From Vicugna vicugna (lineage: Eukaryota), in NCBI GenBank assembly GCA_013265495.1, contig MU057984.1, positions 675,597 to 729,282 on the forward strand: a stretch of DNA of 53,686 nucleotides. Direction: 5' to 3'. Of the stretch, positions 1-12,558 are shown in pieces. The notes beneath the pieces are model-generated. The model had not been told where the DNA came from and made no database searches. It saw only the letters and a program-made list of their open reading frames with translations. Position 1 is the first letter of the stretch. Each line of letters starts with the position of its first letter. A program made the position numbers and the translations under genes.

Positions 1-2064
1 TTTTGTATAGGCTTTTAGAAACACAATGTAATACAGACTAAAGTCAGAGCTGGCCTTACAAATTATTAAAGGAGTTCATCAATTCTGTGTCAAAATAGAA
101 CTCCTCCCAATAGAAACCCTTATTAAAATGTATTTCCCCAACCATCCGGTCAAATGCCTGAAACCCCACCATGAAATGTGTGTTCTCATTGATTACAGCA
201 ATGCTAAAGGCGCTTTGTTGATTATAAATTTATAGTGTGAATGTTAAATATTGATGCCTAAGCAAGGGAACAGATGTTAGAGATCAATGAGGCTGTAACA
301 AATGACTCTGGCAGCTTGGGAAGCTAAGACATAGCCTGGCATCACTTTCAAGGGGACTATAACTACAGAGAGTGGGATTATCCGAGGATTCCTAACTATA
401 TAGAAGTGGCTCAGAAAGGACATAAAAAAATAAAACTAGGAGATCGCCAAGATGGCAGAGTAGATGGCTGACTAGCTCACCCTCTCCAACAAATACACCA
501 AAAACTCCATCTTCATACAGAAAAAAATGGCAAAGAATACCTACTGAACTTTGGCAGAATATCTCTTACAAAAATACAAAAAGAATCCTCACAAAAATGG
601 GTAGGAAAACAAAAATAAACAAAGAAAATTGGTGGGGTACCTGTATCATGGGGAGGGAGTGGCAAAGGAGGAAAGGTGCCCTCACTCTGGGAAGACCACT
701 ATCCAGTAAGGAGGTCAGCAGGGACAGAAAAGGATCTTCCAAGGCTGAGAGGAGAAAGCAGCAGCTGCTTGGCAGACAGAAGTGAGAGAAACCAGCCCAA
801 CTAGCCTGAGACACTAGCCAGCAGAGGCGGGCCAGGCAAGGCTGCTCAAACTCGGTCTTCTATGGATGAGCCCGGGGAGAGGACTGGTGCCAATTGCATA
901 GAGGCAGCCTCAGGCAACTGGAGAGTGGTGCAGGCTGAGGCTGGGAGAGGGTACAAATCAGCCTGGGTCCCTCCATAGATAGCACCACTGCTGGTACATT
1001 AGGAAGGAGGGGTGCAATGAAGCCTGGCCATAGCAGCCAGCTCCACTAACCCATAAGGCATTGTTCAGCACCATTATTAGGGAGCATTCTCTTGAGAAGA
1101 GAGGCAGGGTTCGAGACACAGCCATTTTCTCAACTTGCTCTGGAGGGGCATGATCGCTGGTTTGTGGCTGGCAGAGGTGGGACCGAAACCTGAATCCATA
1201 CCTAGGGGTCCAGCAACTTTGCAGGCAGGACTAAGATTTGATTCTAGTCCCAAGTAGCAAGGTGGATTTGCATCACTGATGCCTTTATGGACTTGGGCTT
1301 CTGAGACAAACGAGTGGAGTTCTGGTGCATGGCAGGGAGTTTTGGAATTAACAACAGGCCTGCGTACCACACACAGATACAGGCCTGAGGTCTAGGCTGA
1401 CCCTATGGCGCACAGTGGATCCAGGTGTGTGACTGCATGAGCGAACCCTATGGTGGGTCCTAGTGCCTTATGATGGCAGATCTGCACTGGTGGCTTTGTG
1501 GGTACAGAACCTGGGGGACACCAGAGCCACCTGCCAACATTCCTATGGCTGAGGTGGGGACAAGGGCAGCCTCAAAAATTGTGCTTGGTAAGCCGACGCA
1601 ACAAGTGACAGAAAACACGACAGAGGACACTGTCTGGTGGACATCTCCTGCTGAGGAATACTCAGCAGCTCCCCTTTCAGCTAAAGAGCTCCAATCCCGC
1701 CTACCACACACTACAGCTCAGAAATGGGTCTGGAAGCCTCTATTCCAACAAGAGGGGAGCATACCAAGGCCCTGACAGGGTTGTGACAACCACAGAGCAA
1801 AGAGGAGGCCTCACTCAACAACCACGGCAGGTTCTGGTCACTATAGTACCAACCAAACCACCAATCAAGGGTTAACAGCCAACAAACATGGAAGAAAGGT
1901 GTGCCAAACATCCATACTAAAAACAGCCCTCATGACAAAATTATTAGACATATGCAGTCTACACAAGGATGCTCCGACTTTTAAAAAAAACAACAGCAGC
2001 CCTTTAGAACCACAGTAGACAAATTTTACTTCTAACTTCATAGAGTCAGAGAAACATAAGTAAC

Positions 2065-2934
2065 ATGAAGAAGCAGAGGAATCACTCCCAATTAAAAGAA
2101 CAAGAGAAGTCCCTTGAAAGAATGAACAATGAAATAGACCTTGACAGTCTAGCAGATCCTGACTTCAAAAACGTGATAAAAGCACTAAAAGAAATAAGAG
2201 ACTATCAACACAATTGCAGAATACTATAAAAAGGAAACAGAAACCATAAAGAGAAGCCAATTAAAATCAGAAAACTGAATTACTCAGATAAAAGCCAAGC
2301 TAAAGGCAGTCAACTGTAGACTAAATAATGCAGAAGAATGAATAAGTGATTTAGAAAACAGGATAATATAAACCACACAATCAGAACTACAGATGGAAAA
2401 GCAAATGAAAACCAATGAAAGTAAAATAAGGGACCTAATAATACAAATGGAGCCAATTTATGCATAATAGGGGTCCCAGAAGAATAGGAAAGACAAAAGG
2501 GGATCGAAAAGGTATTTGAAGAAATCGTGACTGAAAAACTTCCCAAACCTAAAGAAGGAAACATATCCAAGTACAGGAAGCACAGAGGTTCCCAAAGTTA
2601 ACCCAAACAAACCTACAAGACATATTAAAATTAAGATGCAAAGTTACAGATAAAGAAAAATTCTAAAGGCAGCAAGAGAAAAACAAAGAGTTAGTTACAA
2701 GGGAACCCCCATAAGGCTTTCAGCTGATTTCTCTACACAAACATTGCTGGCCAGATGGGAGTGGCAAGATATAGTCAAAGTCCTGAATGAGTAAAATCTG
2801 CAACGTAAGATGCTCTACCCAACAAGATTATCATTTAGAAGAGAAGGAGAGCTAAAGAATTTCACAAACAAAAACCAAAAGAATTCAGCAATACCAAACC
2901 TATCCTAAAAAAAATATTGAAAGGTCTTCTTTAA
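2065..2934 (+). pseudogene. L1 ORF1p (RNA-binding chaperone), disrupted
   Basis: ATG at 2065 reads MKKQRNHSQLKEQEKSLERMNNEID..., internal YKGTPIRLSADFS, ends ...ILKGLL* at 2934. Internal stops and frameshifts. Confidence 0.92.
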
Positions 2935-3344
2935 TAGAAAAGAAGCAGGAAGCTATACAAAAGAGAAAACCATAATTGGAAATGTGATAACTACAAAGAG
3001 CTGCAAAAAAAAAAAAAAAAAAAAAACCATGAAGATGTAAAAGAGGACATCAAAATCATGAAATGTGGGAGAAGGGAACAAGAAAATGTAGATTTTTCTT
3101 TTCATTTTTCATAGGATGTGTTTGAGCCTATATGACTATTAGTCTAAAGCAAACAGATACAGTAATGAGTTAACATACTTGAAAAACAGGGTAACCACAA
3201 ATCAAAAGTATACAAAACAGTCACAAAAAACCAAAAATAAACAAAGCTAATTCAAAAGAAAATTACCAAAGTACAAAAGAAAAACAAATAAAAAAGGAAG
3301 GAACAAAGAAGAAACACCAAATCAACCATAAAAGAAAGTTTAAA

Positions 3345-6300
3345 ATGGCAATAAACACACATCTATCAATAATCACCATCAATGTCAATGCACTAAATGC
3401 TCCAATCAAAAGACATAGAGTGGCAGACTGGATAATAAAACAAGAGCATACAATATGTTGCCTACAATAGACCCATTTTAGGGTGAAGGACACACACAGA
3501 TTCAAAGTGAGAGGATGAAAAAAGATATTTCATGCAAATGGAAATGACAAGAAAATGGAAGTAGCAATACATACCTCAAACAAAATAGACTTTAAAAGGG
3601 AGAAATTGATGGGTACACAATAATAGTAGGAGACTTTAACACCCCACTAACATCTTTGGACAGATCTTCCAGACACAAAATCAACAAGGCAACAGAGATA
3701 CTAAATTACACAATAGAACAATTGGACTTGGTTGATATTTTTAGGATATTACATCCCTCCAAAACAGAATATATATTCTTCTCAAGTGCACATGGAACAT
3801 ACTCTACGACAGACGACATAAGAAACTGCAACAAATTTAAGAGGATAGAAACTTTTTCAAGCATCTTTTCTGACCACAATGGCATGAAATTAGAAATCAA
3901 CCACAGAAAAACAAACAAGAAAAAAACAACTGCATGGAGATTAAAGAACATGCTACTAAAAAGCCAATGGGTCAACGATGAAATCAAAGAAGAAATTAAA
4001 AAATAACTTTGAGACAAACAACTATGAAAACACAACCACACAAAATCTATCAGATGCAGCAAAAGTAGTCCTAAAAGGGAAGTTCATAGTGATACAGTCC
4101 TTCCTCAAAAAACAAGAACAATCTCAAATAAACAACCTAACCTATCACATAAAAGAATTAGATAAAGAAGAGCAAACAAAACCTACAGTCATCAGAAGGA
4201 AATAAATAGTAAAGATCAGGGAGGAAATAAATAAAACAGACATTAAAAAAACAACAGAGAAAATCAATCAAACCATGAGCTGTTTTTTTTGAAAGAGGAA
4301 ACAAAATTGACAAATCTCTGGCCAGGCCCACCAAGAAGAAGAGAGAGGACACAAGTAAACAAAATAAGAAAGGAAACAGAGAAGTTACAACCAACACCAC
4401 AAAAATACACAAAATCATAAGAGAATACTATGAACAACTATGTGGCAATAAACTGGACAACTTCGAAGAAACAGACAAGCTTCTAGAAACATACATTCCA
4501 TTAAAACTGAATCAAGTAGATCACCTGAACAGACTGATCACCAGAAATGAAATAGAATCAGCAATAAAAAACCTCCCTGCAAACAAAAGTCTAGGATGAG
4601 ATGGCTTCACTGGGGGATTCTAACAAACATACAAAGAACTCATAACGATCCTTCTCAAACTCTTTCAAAAGATTGAAGAGGAGGGAATACTCCCAAACTC
4701 ATTCTATGAAGCCACCATCATCCTGATACCAAAACCAAAGACACTGCCAAAAAAGAAAACTATAGGTCAATATCGCTGATGAACACAGATGCAAAAATAC
4801 GCAATACAATATGAGCAAATGGACTCCAACAATACATAAAAAAGATAATACACTATGATGAAGTTGCATTCATCCCAGGGACACAAGGATGGTTCAACAT
4901 ATGCAAATCAATCAGTGGTATACCATATCAACAAAAGAAAGGACAAAACTCACACAATCATCTCAATAGATGTACAATAAACATTTGATAAAATTCAACA
5001 CCCAATTTATGATAAAAACTCTTACCAAAGTGGGTACAGAGGAAACATGTCTCAACATAATAGAAGTTATTTATGACAAACCTACAGCCAGCATAATACT
5101 CAACAGTGGAAAGTTGAAAGCCTTCTCACTAAAATCTGGAACAAGACAATGATGCCCACTCTCACTACTTCTATTCAACATAGTATTGCGAGTCCTAGCC
5201 ATAGCAATCAGGTAAGAAAAAGAAATAAAAGGGATCCAAATTGGAAGAGAAGAGGTAAAACTCACTATATGCGGATGACTTGATACTATATAGAGAAAAC
5301 CCTAAAGGCTCCATACAAAAACTACTAGAGCTGATAAAAGAATTCAGCAAGGTAGCAGGATACAAGATTAACATAAAGAAACCAGTGACATTTCTTCACA
5401 CCAAAAATGAGATATCAGAAAAGGAAAGCAAAGAAACAACCTTTTTTAAAATCACATCCTAATAATAAAATACTTACGAATAAATCTGACCAAGGAGGTG
5501 AAAGACTTACAACATGGAGAAATACAAAACACTGATTAAGGAAATTAAAGATGATATAAATAAATGGAAAGATAGCCCATGCTCTTAGACTGGATGAATC
5601 AATATTGTTAAAATGGTCATACTACCTAAAGCAATCTACAGATTTAATGTGATCCCTATGAAACTACCTATGACATTTTTCACAGAAGTAAAACAAATAA
5701 TTCTAAAATTTATATGGAATTACAAAAGCCCAAGAATTGCTAAAGCAATACTGAAGAAAAAGAACAAAGCTGAAGGAATAACCCTCCCAGACTTCAGACA
5801 ATATTACAGAGCTACAGCAGTAATCAAAACAGCATGTTATTGGCACAAAAACAGACGTATGGATCAATGGAATAGAATAGAGAGCTCAGACATAAACCCA
5901 CAGATTTACAGTCAATTAATCTTTGACAAAGGAGGCAAGAATATACAATGGAGAAAAGACAGTCTCCTCAGCAAGTAGTGGTTGGAAAATTGGATAGCAG
6001 CATGGAAATCAATGAAAGTAGAATACTCCCTCATACCACACACCAAAATAAACTCAAAATGGCTTAAAGACTTAAATGTAAGAAAAGACACTAAACCTCC
6101 TAGAAGAAAACATAGGCAGAACATTTTCTGACATAAATCTTAGCAATGTTCTCCTAGGGCAGTCTACCCAGGCAATAGAAATAAAACCAAAAATAAATCA
6201 ATGGAATCTAATTAAACTTAGAAGCTTTGCACAGCAAAGATAATCATAAGCAAAACAAAAAGACAACCTATAAAATGGGAGAAAGTTTTTGCAAATAATG

Positions 6301-6975
6301 CAACTGACAAGGGCTTAATTTCCAGAATATATAAACAGCTCATACAACTTAATAAGAAAAGAACAAACAACCCAATCCAAAAAAGGGCAGAAGACCTAAA
6401 CAAGCAATTCTCCAGTGAAAACGTACAAATGGTCAATAGGCACGTTAAAAATTGCTCAATATAGCTAATTATCAGAGAAATGCAAATGGAAATTACAATG
6501 AGGTATCATCTCATACCAGTCAGAATGGCCAACATTAAAAAAAATTCCACAAGTGATAAATACTGGAGAGGGTGTGGAGAAAAGGGAACCCTCCTACACT
6601 GTTGGTGGGATCGTAGTTTGGTGCAGTCATTATGGAAAACAGTATGGAGATTCCTCAAAAGACTAAAAACAGACTTATCATATGATCCAGCAATCCCACT
6701 CCTGGGCATGTATCTGGAGGGAACTCTAAATCAAAAAGATACATGCACCCCAATGTACACAGCAGCACTATTTACAATAGCCAAAATGGGGAAACAACCT
6801 AAATGTCCATTGACAGATGACTGGATAAAGAAGTTGTAGTGTATTTATACAATGGAATACTACTCGGCCATAAAGAATAAAATAATGCCATTTGCAGCAC
6901 CATAGATAGTCATTCAAAGTGAAGTAAGTCAGAAAGAGAAAGACAAATACCATATCACTCATATGTGGAATCTAA
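3345..6975 (+). pseudogene. L1 ORF2p (endonuclease/reverse transcriptase), disrupted
   Basis: MAINTHLSIITINVNALNAPIKR start; EN motifs GDFN and SDH; RT core YADD at 5268-5279; C-terminal HCWW. ORF-track pieces 3656-4006, 5613-5978 and 6480-6839 are all ORF2. Confidence 0.96.
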
Positions 6976-8484
6976 AAACAAAGAAACAAAGACACAAATG
7001 AACTTATTTAGAAAACAGAAACAGACTTACAGACATGAAAAACAAACTTATGGTTACTGGAGGGAAAACAGGTAAGAAGGGATGAACTGGGAGCTTGAAA
7101 TTTGCAGATACTAAGTACTATATATAAAATAGATAAACAACAAAGTCCTACTGTATTGCACAGGGAACTATATTCAATATCTTATAGTAACCTATAATGA
7201 AAAAGGATATGAAAATTAATTTATGTGTGTATATGTATGACTGAAACATTATGCTATACATCAGAAAATGACACGCTGTAAACTGAATATATATCTATTT
7301 TAAAAAATGTCTTAAAATGCTTTTCTCTTATAGAGTGGGTAAGCAGGGCTAGCAGAAACTTTTGATGGGAAAATGGGTGAATGAGTAGGGGTGAGCAGAC
7401 AGCATGATGAGGGCTGTCTATTTTTCACTGTGGTCAGCTAGTTCTCAGGATGAGATGTTAAGGGGGGATGTTCTGCATTTTAATGATTAATTAAACCTGA
7501 GGGCAAGCCAAAGTTCAGGAACCTGTAGGGCAGAGAAAATCCTGACTAAAGGTTGGTTAAGGTAAGATAGAGGGCATGTAATGGGCAATAGTGAACATAT
7601 GGTCACAACTTTACCATTTAATACTTAATTCCTTAGTAGTTAATAATCCAGCAAATAGAACATGGGATAGAATTCTAGATCATACAGTAATATATAGGTT
7701 TTGAGAATAAAGTGGTTTCCTAATCATTTGAGAAATGGAAAGTTTTGCTAAATAAATATATTACATACCAAATTATATCAATCTTAAGACTGAAAATTAA
7801 AGTTTTAAAACAGTTAAAAAGTATCATAATTAATACTTTTTAAAATTGGTAATATGTTTCTCTATTAGGTGCATGCTGTTATAATAAAGTTAAAAGGATG
7901 CCTTCCAAAATCCAATCATATACCAGAAAAGTTTGCTATGAGGATGGTTAGATGACTATATAAAGACTAGTCCCATCCTTCATCATTAGAAATGAAATAT
8001 AATGTAGATATGTACTCTACCTTACTCTGAAACACTGATGCAGTTAAGTAGACTTAAAGAATTTATTGGAAGGAAGATGGAAGGCGAGGGGATCATACTT
8101 GTTCTTTGCACAATGTATATCAATTCTGCAATATACAACACAACTAGGTAGTATTTTTTAAAGTTCAAAAAAATTGTGATAAATCATAAAACAAAACTAT
8201 GTTTCCATATTAAAGGCAGAACTAAATAGTTGCTGACAATGACTCAGTGTACAACAGTAACATCCATGTACTGTGCAGCACAGGCTCTGAACGGATGGAG
8301 AAAGGTAAGGCATGAATACATATAGCCTTACCATAATGTGGAGGAAACTTTGCATACAACCAGAACATGTGCATGGATTCAAAAGGTCCCAGGATGGCAC
8401 CAACAACAATTGAATCTTTACAGATATATATAATCTTAAAAAGAATGCAAGCTTAAAATTAATGAACAATTAAGAGAGCAAGCA

Positions 8485-8511
8485 ACACACACACACACAC
8501 ACACACACACA
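8485..8511. repeat. (AC)n microsatellite
   Basis: Direct reading, about 13 AC units. Confidence 0.95.
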
Positions 8512-8744
8512 ACTGTTTTTCCTCATTCTGTTACTTATTATTAGAAGGTAGTGATGTTATTTTAGGGTGTGTCTGATTCCTCAGAGGACTAGACCTTAAA
8601 CTGTGGGCTTCCTAAATGGGTATGTGTGGATATGAAAAATCTTTAAGAAGAAACAAAAAGCTAGAAGTCAGTGAGCTAAATGAGAGTGAAGAAATAAAAC
8701 TGGGGACAATGTAAGGGCTGTAACATCACGGAGAGAAGAATTAA

Positions 8745-8900
8745 TGGAAGTGGACAGGCCTGGCTTCAACTCTGGCACTGCCCTTTACTAGCTTCTTAAT
8801 CTCAGGCAAATGTACTTAATTTGTGGGTTCCAATTTTGTCCCCTGTAAACTAGAGTAAGTAACAGCTTCATTTGTAGGAACCCAGAAGTTAAATGAGATT
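8745..8900 (+). mobile_element. MIR SINE relic
   Basis: GACAGGCCTGGCTTCAACTCTGGCACTGCC...GGCAAATGTACTTAAT...CTGTAAAC...TTAAATGAGAT resembles the MIR core. Confidence 0.7.
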
Positions 8901-8905
8901 TAGAG

Positions 8906-10378
8906 TATATAGATTCTACATACCCAATTCCAATGCGTGGAGTAGGGTTTTCCCCACACACACCACCAAGTAAATACTCTGGACACCCAGCTGGGTATCC
9001 TAAAATTTAACTCAATTCTGACACCACCTACCAGGAGATAGTATCAGATTCTGCAGGTTAAGGACTCAAATCTACAAGATTCCCCCCAACACATACATAC
9101 TGCAGATGCCAGTCGAAAACCCAAGTTATTACCTGTGCCTCTAACTTACCGGCTGTAAACTAGAGGTTGACACAAATCCCTCCGAGGTCTGATTAATTTG
9201 CTTGAGTGGCTCACAGATCTGAGAGAAACATTTTACTTACTAGATTACGGGTTTATTATAAAAAGATACAACTCAGGAACAGCCAGATGAAAGAGGTACC
9301 TAGGGCAAAATATGGGAAAATTGTTTGGAGCTTCCATGCTGTCTCCAGGAGCTCCTTTCTTCCCAAGTCTCCAAGTGTTCACCAACCTGGAAGCTCTGTG
9401 AACCTTGCCCTTTTGTGTTTTTATGGAGGCTTCATTACAGAGGCATGACTGATTAAGTCATTGGCCATTGGCGATTGATTCAACCTCCAGCCCCTCTCCC
9501 ATCCAGGAAGTCAGAAAGTGTGACTATAAGTCTCATGCCTCTATTCATGATTGGTACACCTGGCAACCAGCCCCCAACTTTAGGTGCTTTCCAAAAGTCA
9601 CCTCATTAACGAAACGGCAAAAGGGGTTTGCTATTGATAGGGTTCTGCTATTGATAGTGTTCAGAGCAGGTCATCACAAAATATGCCACTTTGGCATATT
9701 GATTATTTTGAACTAAAGTTACTTCAGAAACAGCCAGTGCAAGAAGGACACTCTGATCCTCTTCTGTCCTACTGAAAGCAGGAAATAAATTCCCCATGTG
9801 AAGGATATCTTCCCCTGGTGGTAAAAGGAATCCTTACCAACAGAGATAGGGAATTCAGGACCCTAAAGGCTGAATAAACGAATTTTGGTTACTTTTTCAT
9901 TAATTTGCTACCCCCAGCCCAAACCCCTTTGTCAATTATTTGCAAAAAATTGTTCCTTTGTTCAAAAGATATAAAAGCTGCCTGCTTCAGTCACTTCTTT
10001 GAGCTTTTATTTCTATGAGCTCCTGTACAAACAAAATTAAGCTTTTTTTTTTTCCTGTTAATCTGTCTTATGCCAATTTAATTATTAGGCTAGTCAAAGA
10101 ACCTAGAAGGGAAAAAGGGAAAAGTTTTCCTCCCCTACATTATGAATAACATCTCACCTTTATGGCTCTCAACCAATTTCAGGAACTGAGAACAAGTGAC
10201 CAAATATTATAACAAAAGATACTCCCACTGCACTTATCACTCATGGAATTCTAAGGGCTTGGGGATATTTGGTCTTCATCCACAGTTCCTGGCTCACAGC
10301 TCCCCAAACCCTTAGAATTCCTTGAGAGATAAGAGCACTGGGACCAAATGTCTATTTCTTATAAAATATAATATTGCG
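8906..10378 (-). mobile_element. MER21-like solo LTR (copy 1), interrupted by a MER34-like LTR and carrying an internal fold-back inversion
   Basis: Colinear with the copy at 20210-21398 (CAGCTGGGT..., TTAATTTGCT.GAGTGGCT, CCTGGCAACCAGC, CACCTTTATGGCTCT). The right end resembles the reverse complement of the MER21 start. Confidence 0.8.
9635..10139 (+). mobile_element. MER34-like (ERV1) solo LTR nested in the MER21-like LTR
   Basis: TGATAG.GTTCAGAGC...CAAAATATGCCACTTTGGCATATTGATTATTTTGAACT start, TATAAAA near 9970, ends AACCTAGAAGGG...CCTCCCCTACA. Flanks CTAT/TTAT. Host sequence is uninterrupted in copy 2. Confidence 0.85.
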
Positions 10379-10384
10379 GAGAGA

Positions 10385-10800
10385 GATAGGGACAGTCAAA
10401 AGAGATAGCAAATAATCACAATGAATGAACCTTATTTAGATGCTAATTGTAACAAAGTTACTTAAAATGAAATGGCAGCAACAATACAAACACAATTATG
10501 AGACAATTAGGGAAATATGAACACTGTCTGCATGCTGATGATATTACAGAATAATTTTTTAAATATTTGTAATAGTACTGGCATCATAGCTGTGTCAATA
10601 AAAGAAAGCCTGTTTGTTTTAGAAACACTGAACTGCTTAAGGATAAAATGGTGTGATGATTAGAATTTGCTTCAAAATAATCATGAAAAATGTTTGGCCA
10701 TGCACTGGAAGCTGAGCAAAGGATACAGGAGAGGTTTGTTGTTATTTTATCTTTACAACTGTATGTATTTTATATTTTCCATAATACATTTTTTTAAAAC
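10385..10800 (+). mobile_element. Ancient L1M (L1MC/ME-like) 3'UTR fragment
   Basis: GAGACAATTAGGGAAATATGAACACTG...GAATTTGCTTCAAAATAATC...TTTTCCATAATA motifs. Confidence 0.65.
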
Positions 10801-10929
10801 CCTTGTATCTTAAAAAGTAGAATGATAGTAAGGATGTGATGAGGACTACATTAGGAACCTAACCCTTTTCCCGCACTTACCAGGCATTAAAGGGACCCAT
10901 TTGAATGGAGTGGGGCCACTCTCTGAGAG

Positions 10930-11020
10930 CAGGGCCTCCCAAACTTTCATAGGCATACATATCACCTGGGGATCTTGTGAAATGCAGATTCTGACACAAA
11001 AGGTCTAAAAGGGGCTAAAA
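10930..11020. mobile_element. MER5-like hAT-Charlie fragment
   Basis: ATCACCTGGGGATCTTGTGAAATGCAGATTCTGA. Confidence 0.65.
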
Positions 11021-12274
11021 CTAGAGAAGACCAATGAAAACAAAGGTTGAACAATTTAGATTTGGGCCTATAGGGGAGAATCTTATAACTATGTGGGTTT
11101 GTGACAGGCATGCAAATAACTACCAGAAAGCCAAAAAAGTATCAAATCCAGCTTTTGAAGCATTTAAGGAGGGCTTTTAACTTATGTGATGTGGTCCACA
11201 ATCTTAAAACACTATTAAGTGCATGCTTGAGAGATTATTCCACAAATATCTTTAAGTATGCAATCTATTTTAAAATATTCCAAAATAGTATAAATATCTT
11301 AGATAAGAAGTGAAATGGTGGAAATTGAAAATTAAATAGGAAAATAATGTAAAAATAAATAATTTGTTTGCAAGGTTACATTCCTAGCTTCACTATCTTC
11401 TTGTTAAATTGATATTTGTTTACAATATAATTCACTGAGTTGTGTGCTTCCATAGGATAAAGTTTCCGAGAATTTCATCAATTAAGATACACAATTGTCT
11501 TCAGCTTGGTTACTTCAGGAAATAAATAATATTTTTATATAATTTGCATATAGAATATTTCCTAAGCAGCCATGTATTTTGCAGTGAAGAAAAAAACATT
11601 TTAAAAGTATAAATATAGCTGAGTGATCAGTGCTAATAATGGAAAATTTTCAATAATAATTAGAGAACAAAAGCATCAGCTCAACAAAGTAGATGCTTGA
11701 GAAAACAAGAAATTGCTCTTTTAGTTTTATTTGAATTGTTATGGTATCCTAATTTTAATTTAAAATTCAGTTGTTTTTTTCCCCTGAAATATAGTAGTCA
11801 TAAGCAATTACACTTCATGATTATAAAATTATAATTTTCAGTGTTTTTGTGTGTGGCTGAAGGAAACCTGAACTGGAGTTTGGCTACCTCATGTAAATGA
11901 GTATCAAACCATGACTGTCTATATAAAAGGAGTAAACTCTTATTTGCCAAAATATCGCTCTCTGACATAAATTACAAACTGTTTCCCGGCCATTGATTAG
12001 CCAATTTTTATGAAGGTATCAATAAATTAGTCTCCATTCAATTCTATGTCTTACACAGATGGTGTATTTACCATTTCTCTAACACTTCATCTAAATTGTT
12101 CATTTTGAATATGTTCTCTTATTTACTATATAACAACACATAAAATAAATGAAAATAATTCCTGTTTTGCTTATGTCAGATAAGTTATTCAGGCAACTAT
12201 AATCTGTAGTCTGATTTAATTATTTTCCTCCACTTTTATTTAAATAAAATCAGACTAAGAGACTGCAAATGTAG

Positions 12275-12558
12275 TAAAGGACAGTTGTAAATTATAAGAT
12301 TAATAAATTCTGAGGGTGTAATGTACAGCATAGTGACTATAGTTAAAAATACTGTATTATTTGAAAGTTGCTAAGAGAGTAAATCTTACAAGTTTTCAAC
12401 ACACACACAATCTGTCACTATGTGAGGTAATAGACATGTAAACTAACCTTACTATGATAATAATTTTGCAATATGTACATATATCAAATCATCATATTGT
12501 ATACCTTAAACATACTCAAAGGTAGATGTCAATTATATCTCAACAAAGCTGGAAAAAA
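12275..12558 (+). mobile_element. L1 3' end (L1MA9-like)
   Basis: AATGTACAGCATAGTGACTATAGTTAA...GAAAGTTGCTAAGAGAGTAAATCTTA...CAATTATATCTCAACAAAGCTGGAAAAAA. Confidence 0.85.

Larger units (their letters stand above)
439..7307 (+). mobile_element. Full-length but inactivated LINE-1 (5'UTR ~1.6 kb, ORF1, ~410-bp spacer, ORF2, 3'UTR)
   Basis: Starts GGAGATCGCCAAGATGGCAGAGTAG (YY1-type CAAGATGGC at 448-456). ORF1 and ORF2 homology is continuous, and the 3'UTR is typical (...CTGTATTGCACAGGGAACTATATTCAATATC...). Many stops and frameshifts. No clean TSD or long poly(A). Confidence 0.97.

Noticed and set aside
276..7600. Old LTR split by the full-length L1 (276-430 and 7310-7600)
   Set aside because: The flanks look vaguely LTR-like, but I could not establish termini, a TSD or a family by eye.
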